Source: Methylophagaceae bacterium
GTDB taxonomy: Bacteria; Pseudomonadota; Gammaproteobacteria; Nitrosococcales; Methylophagaceae
Length of the DNA: 28,813 bases
Direction: 5' to 3'
Assembly: GCA_047635075.1 (NCBI GenBank)
Contig: JBLIIN010000001.1
Span: 1 to 28,813, forward strand
Made by a program: the position numbers and the translations under genes. Shown in pieces: positions 10,169-17,131 of this stretch. Under the pieces are notes generated by a model. It saw only the letters and a program-made list of their open reading frames with translations, was not told the origin of the DNA and searched no databases. Position 1 is the stretch's first letter, and every line of letters starts with the position of its first letter.

Positions 10169-11390
10169 AGAACCAATAAGTCACCCCGATGGCGGCAACA
10201 ATACCCGCAAAATCAGCAGCTAAACCACAAGCCGCTGCATGGCGTATTTTTTTAATACCAACTGATCCAAAATAAACTGCGAGCACATAAAAAGTCGTTT
10301 CGGTGCTGCCTTGCACAATGGACGATAAGCGACCGGCAAAAGAATCGGCACCATGAACTTGCATAGTATCGATCATCATTGCCCTAGCACCACTTCCACT
10401 AAACGGTTTCATTAATGCGGTGGGAAGGGCATCTATAAAGCGATCATCTAGCCCAAAAGATAAAATCACTCCACGTAAGGCATCAGCCATTAAGTCCAAA
10501 GCACCACTGGCGCGAAAGACGCCAATGGCCACCAACATAGCGACAAGGTAGGGAATGATTGTTATTGCGGTCTCAAAGCCTTCTTTGGCACCGTCAATAA
10601 AAGCTTCATAAGCATTTACTTTTTTAATCACCGCCCCAGAGATAAACAACATGACCAGTGAAAATAAAAACACATTACTAATTAAAGCAGATTGCTCCAA
10701 CATCACACTCTGAGACAAGCTAGAGAAATAAGCCAATAAGCCAAAAACAAACACAGAAAAACCAACTAGATAAGCCAATATGACTCTATCTAACAGATTA
10801 ATTTTCTGAACAGCTGAGACGGTGAGTAAACCAATTAACGTCGAGGCATAGGTTGCAATGAGAATGGGAATGAAGACATCAGTTGGATTCGCCGCACCCA
10901 TTTGAGCACGATAGGTGAAAATAGTGACTGGAAATAATGTGACTGCCGACGTATTGATGACCAAAAATAAAATTTGAGCATTACTAGCGGTATCTTTGAG
11001 CGGGTTAAGCTTTTGCAATTCTTGCATCGCCTTAATGCCTAATGGCGTCGCTGCATTATCTAGGCCCAAAGCATTGGCCGACATATTCATCACCATCGCG
11101 CCGAGCGCGGGATGATTTATAGGGACTTCAGGCATTAAGCGCTCAAATAAAGGGCTCAGCCAAGTTGTCAACACGCGAATAAAGCCACTGCGCTCGCCAA
11201 TTTTCATAATGCCCAGCCACAAAGCCAATATCCCCGTCAGACCCAAAGCAATTTCAAACGCGGTTTTAGACAAACTAAACATTGCTGTCATCATTTGACC
11301 GAATATGGCCGTATCGCCAAAAGCCAATAGCTTGATTAACGCCACCACAAAGGCCGCAGCAAAAAAGAAGATCCAGATGAAATTTAGCAT
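10161..11390 (-). CDS. SpmA-SpmB fusion / nucleoside recognition (Gate) domain membrane protein
   Basis: SpmA-like 'NMSANALGLDNAATPLGIKAMQEL' and 'INTSAVTLFP', plus SpmB-like 'KPFSGSGA...GSTETTFYVLAVYFGSVG'. Polytopic. Confidence 0.88.
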   Translation of the reverse strand: MLNFIWIFFFAAAFVVALIKLLAFGDTAIFGQMMTAMFSLSKTAFEIALGLTGILALWLGIMKIGERSGFIRVLTTWLSPLFERLMPEVPINHPALGAMVMNMSANALGLDNAATPLGIKAMQELQKLNPLKDTASNAQILFLVINTSAVTLFPVTIFTYRAQMGAANPTDVFIPILIATYASTLIGLLTVSAVQKINLLDRVILAYLVGFSVFVFGLLAYFSSLSQSVMLEQSALISNVFLFSLVMLFISGAVIKKVNAYEAFIDGAKEGFETAITIIPYLVAMLVAIGVFRASGALDLMADALRGVILSFGLDDRFIDALPTALMKPFSGSGARAMMIDTMQVHGADSFAGRLSSIVQGSTETTFYVLAVYFGSVGIKKIRHAAACGLAADFAGIVAAIGVTYWFFA

Positions 11391-11579
11391 AGTGTCATTC
11401 TACAGGGTGACTTCGTAAGGTGAAGCGTTATATGAGGCGATATAAACGAGAGGTGAAATATTTACTTTTTATATGTCGATAGTTTTATGTTATTCCTTAC
11501 GATACTATTTGGAAACATATGATAAAGAATATTAACCTCTTTTTTTCACCATTAAAGAAGTCATATGCACAATAAACTG

Positions 11580-11627
11580 ATGGAATAATTGTGACAAAAC
11601 AGAAAATAAATCTGTCCCCTTTTACTG
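11580..11627 (+). repeat. 48-nt imperfect direct repeat, copy 1
   Basis: ATGGAATAATT-N13-AAATAAATCTGTCCCCTTTTACTG. Ungapped 38/48 match to 13248-13295 (counted by hand). Bases 11604-11622 are an 18/19 inverted match to 13186-13204. Confidence 0.8.
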
Positions 11628-11686
11628 GTGGGGCTACTTCCGAAAGCCAAGGGGGTGTGCGTTAAATTTACAGGTAGAACTAAGCA

Positions 11687-12280
11687 ATGATTAGTCCGAT
11701 CGAAATATTCAGAGAATATTGGGAACAAGCTAGATCCCTTGGAGATGCAAGCGCGGCCTATTGCACACTGGCGACTGTTTCAGAAGATGGACAAGTTTCA
11801 ACTCGGACTTTGGTATTGAGGGAAGTAACCGATGATTCATTTGTAATCTTTATTAACAACACCTCTCCCAAGTGGAAACAACTCGACCACTCCAACCACA
11901 TAGAGGTATTGGTTTTTTGGCCTAGCTTGATGCAGCAGTATCGAATACGAGGTCAATTGGAGAGCATACCAAAGGAAAAAATGAGACTGCATTGGGCCAA
12001 TAAACCCTATGACGCAAAGATAATCGATAACTACTATAAGGACTATCAACCAGAATCAAGTGTGCTGGATTCCAAAGATACACTTCTAGCAGGTATCAAT
12101 AATCTTAAAAATAGTTACCCAAAGGACGCTGATGTTCCTTTCCCCTCAAATGTTGGAGGTGTGAGAATTAAAGCAAATTATATCGAAAGCTGGCAAGGAT
12201 CAAACGCGGACCGATTACATGAAAGACATCTATACGAGCTATCGGGCAATCAATGGGAAAGAACTACTCTGGTTCCATGA
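11687..12280 (+). CDS. Pyridoxamine 5'-phosphate oxidase-like FMN-binding protein
   Basis: CTLATV..DGQVSTRTLVLR, SPKWKQL, VFWPSLMQQYRIRG and IESWQG...RLHER resemble the PdxH/PNPOx fold. Not claimed to be the true pdxH. Confidence 0.8.
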   Translation: MISPIEIFREYWEQARSLGDASAAYCTLATVSEDGQVSTRTLVLREVTDDSFVIFINNTSPKWKQLDHSNHIEVLVFWPSLMQQYRIRGQLESIPKEKMRLHWANKPYDAKIIDNYYKDYQPESSVLDSKDTLLAGINNLKNSYPKDADVPFPSNVGGVRIKANYIESWQGSNADRLHERHLYELSGNQWERTTLVP

Positions 12281-12289
12281 ATAGGAAAA

Positions 12290-12350
12290 ACCTAACAATC
12301 ACAGCAAGTAGGAACTCGCAGATGCTGGTTCGCTGCAATGGGCGTTAGGC
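12290..12350 (+). mobile_element. Degenerate integron attC-like recombination site (61 nt)
   Basis: Starts ACCTAAC (RYYYAAC) 9 nt after the stop codon and ends GTTAGGC (GTTRRRY). Inner pairs CAGC/GCTG and GAAC/GTTC. The L-box register is non-canonical with a 6-nt bulge. Confidence 0.5.
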
Positions 12351-12497
12351 TGCCTGCGACACACCAAAAAATGGCTAACCCTATAGCTGAGATTCACTAG
12401 GGTCGGTGTAGATTGATTTATATTAAACTTAAACAGCTATCGGGCCATTTAATAGTTTGCAATGCAGCATTAAAATGTAGCCTATGGAACGACTTTG

Positions 12498-12863
12498 TTA
12501 AGTCCCACTCTGCCTAGCTCGGCGAGCTGCAATAAAGCTTTTAATATACACCACTAGGGCAAACAGACTGACAGCCATCATAACGCCCACTCGAAACACG
12601 GCATCCATATCATCGCGGCCGATGGAGCTTGTCAGCGGCATGATTAGCGCTATCGAAAGTAGTAGGGTCAATCCAACAACGATGTGAGCAACAACTTTAT
12701 TTTCCTTTTTAAAAGGCAGAGCCAACAAGGCCAGAACAACGCCAAAAATCACTGGGATCAATATCGTGATAGAGCGGGACTCTGCAGCTACATTCAGATA
12801 AGCCCATAGGCCAAATACGATTAAAACGGCGGCGTTAAGAATAGTTGCTTGATATGGCTTCAT
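12498..12863 (-). CDS. Small four-TM hypothetical membrane protein (121 aa)
   Basis: Four hydrophobic segments and a GAGAG RBS. 'KENKVVAHIVV' and 'SFIAARR' look like a conserved uncharacterised family. Confidence 0.75.
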   Translation of the reverse strand: MKPYQATILNAAVLIVFGLWAYLNVAAESRSITILIPVIFGVVLALLALPFKKENKVVAHIVVGLTLLLSIALIMPLTSSIGRDDMDAVFRVGVMMAVSLFALVVYIKSFIAARRARQSGT

Positions 12864-12908
12864 TTGTCTCTCTCAGTTTCTCAGCGAAAAATATAGTGTC
12901 GGAATCGA

Positions 12909-13112
12909 TTAAAAGTCTACTTGCGAGCACAGCGCATACGCAGTATGAGTTCTACTGTTTGACGTAAAACCAAGAAGGCGTGAAATGTCTTTGTTAGCTA
13001 TCATGTCATCATAACGCAATAGTATCATTAAGCGATTCTTTTTCGAGCACTGAAACAGTGTAAATTGCATTGTTAATGCTGACAGAGATTGAACCTCAGG
13101 TAGAAAAATCAA
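12909..13112 (-). pseudogene. Possible relic of an ECF sigma factor region 4
   Basis: 'RLMILLRYDDMIANKDISRLLG' resembles the region-4 pattern. A shifted frame continues 'TVELILRMRCARK*'. Weak resemblance only. Confidence 0.2.
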
Positions 13113-13185
13113 GACTGAAAATCAAGGGGCCAGCTAGCTTTATTTCGATTAATAACCCAAAAATTCCGACTCCTTATTAGGCAAG

Positions 13186-13290
13186 AAAGGGGACAGAATT
13201 ATTTAATTAAGCATTCGATAAACCATGTTGGAAACTTAACGGAAATAATGGAATAATTCACACGAATTACAAAATAAATCGGTCACTTTT
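13186..13290. repeat. 105-bp element with imperfect 19-bp terminal inverted repeats (MITE/REPIN-like)
   Basis: Left end AAAGGGGACAGAATTATTT (13186-13204) and right end AAATAAATCGGTCACTTTT (13272-13290), 15/19 complementary. No target-site duplication seen. Confidence 0.6.
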
Positions 13291-13295
13291 TACTG
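13248..13295 (+). repeat. 48-nt imperfect direct repeat, copy 2
   Basis: ATGGAATAATT-N13-AAATAAATCGGTCACTTTTTACTG, with the same spacing as 11580-11627. Ends 9 nt before the MOSC ATG. Confidence 0.8.
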
Positions 13296-13304
13296 AGAAT
13301 AAAA

Positions 13305-14162
13305 ATGACAAAGATTGGAGAAGTAAAAGAAATTTGGCGCTACCCAGTCAAAGGGATGGCGGGTGAGCAACCGGAGAAATGCGCCATTGGACCGTTAGGG
13401 CTAGAAGGTGACTGAATCTGGGCAGTGCGTGATGTAGCGCGAAGTGAAATACATAGTTGCAAGTTCCGTCCCGAGTTGTTGACGTGCAAAGCCAGTAGCC
13501 ATAGTGACCAAGCTAGACGCGATGTTGAAGTCACCTTCTCGGATGACACTTCTCTGAATAGCAACGAACCTGCTATCGATCAACGGCTATCTGAACTTGT
13601 TGGATATCAATCGACATTAGAGCCGCTAAAACCATTAACGGAACTGGACTTTTATCGTCGTCACAAACGTGATGCTGATAGTTGATTGGAAGAATTAAAA
13701 GAGACTTTTACCCGCGAATCGGGCGAGCCTTATCCTGATTTCAGCTCGCTACCCCAACAAGCCAAAGATTTTGTTACCGTGCCGGGCACTTTTTTTCTAG
13801 TGACACCTTTTCATCTGCTGTCTACACCAACAATAAATTACCTTAAGAATCAGCTCCCAGAGGCTGACTGGGATGTTCGGCGTTTTCGGCCGAATATCGT
13901 TATTGATACCGGCAGCAGGGATCTTGGACTAGTCGAGCAGGACTGGATTGGTAAACAAATAGCGATTGGTAGTCCATTAATTGACTGTACTGCCACAGCA
14001 CCACGTTGTGGGGCTGTCACGCGCGAACAAAATGGACTTGGTTTTGATAAGTCTATGATCCGGACCATCATAAAAAAAGCCGATCAAAACTTAGGGAGCT
14101 ACGGCAGTGTCAAGCAACAGGGCCAACTCTGCGTTGGGGAGTCGATTTATATTAGCGATTAG
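13305..14162 (+). pseudogene. MOSC domain protein pseudogene (two in-frame TGA stops)
   Basis: One frame from ATG 13305: IWRYPVKGM...GD*IWAV (TGA 13413-13415) ...DADS*LEEL (TGA 13683-13685) ...RRFRPNIVI...PRCGAVT (conserved MOSC Cys). Joins ORFs 13425-13685 and 13686-14162. Confidence 0.9.
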
Positions 14163-14337
14163 AAATAGCCTAGTTAAGATTAGAGCCTTGATGTTGATTC
14201 CAAGTATACTTCGTTATGAATAAAGTCCCTCTTCGTAGACATTGACAGTAAGCCGTTAACCAAGGTGGATTGAGTGTGTTTTGTCTGACTTGGATGGCGT
14301 ATTAATAATATTGAGCTTAGTTAAAAGTGACTAAATC

Positions 14338-15474
14338 ATGACACGTATTTTTGAAGTATTTTATCGGTTTCTCATCTTAGGCTGTATCAGCTTTGGCGGA
14401 CCTGCTGCACATATAGGTTATTTCCAGAACGCATTTGTACAAAAGCTCAAATGGTTGGATGAAGATGCCTATGGAAAATTAGTGGCACTCAGTCAGTTTT
14501 TGCCTGGGCCAGGCTCAAGTCAAGTTGGTTTTGCAATTGGACTTCGCAGGGCTGGATTAGCCGGTGGTATTGCAGCATTTATTGGGTTCACATTACCTTC
14601 ATTTGTATTATTATATTTTCTGGCAACTTTGGCTTTTGATGCTAATACCGGCGCAACACTGGAGGGTATGGTTCATGGGTTGAAGTTACTGGCAGTCGTC
14701 GTTGTTGCCGATGCCAGTTTGAGCATGTTCAAGTCCTTTTGCAAAGACCGATTTTCGATATCCTTGATGATTATATCCACCGTTTGTATTTTGTCGATAT
14801 CTAGCCTCTGGACCCAAATTGGGGTGTTATTGTTCTCAGCCATTACTGGGGCAATCTTCGCGTCCTCGACAGAGAAAAAGCAAAATGAGACAGGGCGCAT
14901 TGATATCAAACGTCTTCCATTGGCTATTTTCTTTATTTTATTTTTTGGTTTGCCATTCGTCGGCTCGGATCTTTTATCAAATTTTTATCAAGCAGGGAGC
15001 TTGGTGTTTGGCGGCGGACATGTTGTGCTTCCATTATTGCAACAGACTTTGGGCGACACGGTGACTAATGACCAATTCTTAACGGGTTATGCGGCGGCAC
15101 AAGCGATACCAGGACCAATGTTTACATTAGCGGCTTTCTTAGGGGCAGATTTGCTACCTGCACAGCCACTATTAGGTGCGTCATTAGCTACATTAGCTAT
15201 TTTTCTACCCGGTTTCTTATTAATCTATAGTTTGCAAGACGCTTGGGAATCGCTAACACAAAATTCAAAAGTGGCTGGCGCCGCGGCAGCAATCAACGCG
15301 TCGGTTGTAGGCTTACTTGTCTCGGCCCTATATAACCCTGTTTTTATCAGCGCGGTTATTCAACCGACTGACATGGCAGTGGCCGTTTCAGGCTTTTTTG
15401 CGTTAAGAGTGATGAAGTTGCCTATTATTGTTCTAGTACTAGCCATGTCTGTCATCGGTATTTTTCTGCTGTAG
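14338..15474 (+). CDS. chrA: Chromate efflux transporter, long-chain CHR family
   Basis: Two CHR repeats: SFGGPAAHIG...SQFLPGPGSSQ and VFGGGHVVLPLL...AQAIPGPMF. Confidence 0.93.
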   Translation: MTRIFEVFYRFLILGCISFGGPAAHIGYFQNAFVQKLKWLDEDAYGKLVALSQFLPGPGSSQVGFAIGLRRAGLAGGIAAFIGFTLPSFVLLYFLATLAFDANTGATLEGMVHGLKLLAVVVVADASLSMFKSFCKDRFSISLMIISTVCILSISSLWTQIGVLLFSAITGAIFASSTEKKQNETGRIDIKRLPLAIFFILFFGLPFVGSDLLSNFYQAGSLVFGGGHVVLPLLQQTLGDTVTNDQFLTGYAAAQAIPGPMFTLAAFLGADLLPAQPLLGASLATLAIFLPGFLLIYSLQDAWESLTQNSKVAGAAAAINASVVGLLVSALYNPVFISAVIQPTDMAVAVSGFFALRVMKLPIIVLVLAMSVIGIFLL

Positions 15475-15738
15475 CAAGTCGTTTTTTGCTTTCTTATCAG
15501 CTGCGCGAATACTACGAGCTCCCCTGTTGAGTAAAAAAAAGCTGATAAAACCTGAAACGACTGAGAGAAGTAGCGCGAGATGGGGATTTTGACAACGCGC
15601 ATACTCATGAAACAGCGAGAAATGCCCCTGACAAAATTCATTAGCTACATAAGCTGCTGAAAAATACCAAGCCAGTCCCCACAGAGCAGCAGGGAAGACA
15701 ATGAGCGACAAGATGATAAGAGTGAAGCCTTTTTTCAT
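15439..15738 (-). CDS. Hypothetical two-TM membrane protein (99 aa)
   Basis: AGGA RBS shortly upstream of the ATG. Two hydrophobic segments flank a loop with two Cys. Overlaps the chrA 3' end by 36 nt. Confidence 0.55.
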   Translation of the reverse strand: MKKGFTLIILSLIVFPAALWGLAWYFSAAYVANEFCQGHFSLFHEYARCQNPHLALLLSVVSGFISFFLLNRGARSIRAADKKAKNDLLQQKNTDDRHG

Positions 15739-15947
15739 TTTTAATCCTATAGTTTAGATCTAGTTTAGAGTGTTTAAGCACTGATAATCAAGGAATATTA
15801 TATCGAAATGAAATCGTGTTTTAATTGGAATCTTTATAAAATATAGCTGTCATAAGAATTGCAGAAGCTGTTTATCTCCTCAGTAAAATTGATAGCTCTG
15901 CAAGTTAAAGTATCTATAGCAAGCAACTTTAATATGTGCAGTATTGG

Positions 15948-15976
15948 CCTCCAGTATTTATACTGGGGGTTTTTTT
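15948..15976 (+). terminator. Rho-independent terminator with no adjacent + strand gene
   Basis: CCTCCAGTA-TTTA-TACTGGGGG stem-loop followed by 7 T. Confidence 0.7.
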
Positions 15977-16861
15977 ATAATAATGAAATGTTGGTTTTGG
16001 GATAAATAAAGCGAGTTAGTGGCTAAAAAAAACGGACTGTCAATGCAACTAGAGAAGGTTAGTTGTAAAATTCAATATAGAAACGATCTGAATTTATCGA
16101 GTGAATATAAAGCAATATTGTTGGTTCTATGACACCGTATTGTTTTGTAGATAAGGGGAATATTGCTTGCTTGGCCACTATAACGGTATAGCCAAGTCCA
16201 CCCTCTAGCTCATCGATCTGTCACCAACCTCCAACTTGGCTCTGATGCTCTTTTAATAAGCCTTTAAGTATAGTGCGTTCGGTTAGCTCGGCTGTTTTTA
16301 TTATATGCTTTGATACTTTTTGGCGAAGGCTTCATTTGCGCTCCTTACTGATTAAAGTAAACCACTCTTAACAGCACCACATTACTTTCTTTAACCAAGT
16401 CAGCAAGGATATATTGACCTATGTAATCGATTTACTGATGCTGCTCTGCACACAACATGGTTTTCAGTGAACAGCTGAGGTTAAGCCGACAGGGTTGATT
16501 GGTAGAATCGACAAGACGGGCGTTGACTAATTTTGGGACAATCTTCATCATGCGGCTTCGAAAAATATCAAAATACGTTACTATCTCTTGAATCGTTGCC
16601 GAGTGTTTCACAGGAAGTATGGCTCTAAGTAGATTAAAACTCAATGCAGTGTCAATTGCATAGATACTAATTTCACTCAATGAATAAGGATTGGTTTTGC
16701 AGTTTTCGGATGCGGAATATAAACGTGTAATGTATAGTTGTCCCGATTCATAGGGTAAGCAAACTCAAAAAAAATGGTCTAAGCAGAGGAATTATGCGTA
16801 CTATCAGACGCTATTTTGGTTTGTTTTTTATTGATTCATAAAAGCGAGTGAATGAGAAGAG

Positions 16862-17080
16862 ATGTCAGAGCAGAAAGATCCTACAATAGGCTATATTATT
16901 TGGAGCGTGCTTTGCGCTTTTTTCGGGGTTTCAAATAAAGAGAATTATGATCGCGATAGAGCTTACATTGAGAAAGTGGGCGTAAGGCCTTATCTTTATG
17001 CTGGCATCATATTAACGATGTGTTTCGCTTTATCAGTCTGGGCAGTTGTACAGATAGTATTAAGTAATGTAGCAGCTTAA
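16862..17080 (+). CDS. DUF2970 family small membrane protein
   Basis: 'SVLCAFFGV...NYDRD...PYLYAGIILT' fits the DUF2970 pattern. Followed by a strong terminator. Confidence 0.8.
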   Translation: MSEQKDPTIGYIIWSVLCAFFGVSNKENYDRDRAYIEKVGVRPYLYAGIILTMCFALSVWAVVQIVLSNVAA

Positions 17081-17100
17081 TAGCAATAAAGAATCGCTCT

Positions 17101-17130
17101 AAAAAAGCCCCTTTAAGAGGGGCTTTTTTT
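17101..17130. terminator. Bidirectional Rho-independent terminator between DUF2970 and deaD
   Basis: AAAAAAGCCCCT-TTAAG-AGGGGCTTTTTTT, a perfect 12-bp inverted repeat between convergent stops. Confidence 0.92.
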
Positions 17131-17131
17131 G

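Noticed and set aside
11580-13295. Repeats as a CRISPR array or a composite transposon
   Set aside because: Only two long copies 1.67 kb apart, with no regular spacers, cas genes, transposase or target-site duplication.
13305-14162. UGA recoding (Trp code or selenocysteine) to rescue the MOSC gene
   Set aside because: One TGA is at an expected Arg position and neither is at a Cys. TGA serves as a normal stop elsewhere in the window (9025, 12280), and TGG is used for Trp throughout.
14242-14270. Perfect TTGACA upstream of chrA
   Set aside because: No credible -10 at 16-18 nt spacing.
11837-15641. Small overlapping ORFs (11837-12049, 13340-13564, 13401-13583, 13850-14071, 14673-14909, 14819-15064, 15360-15641)
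   Set aside because: They overlap better-supported genes or the MOSC pseudogene and show no recognisable family features.
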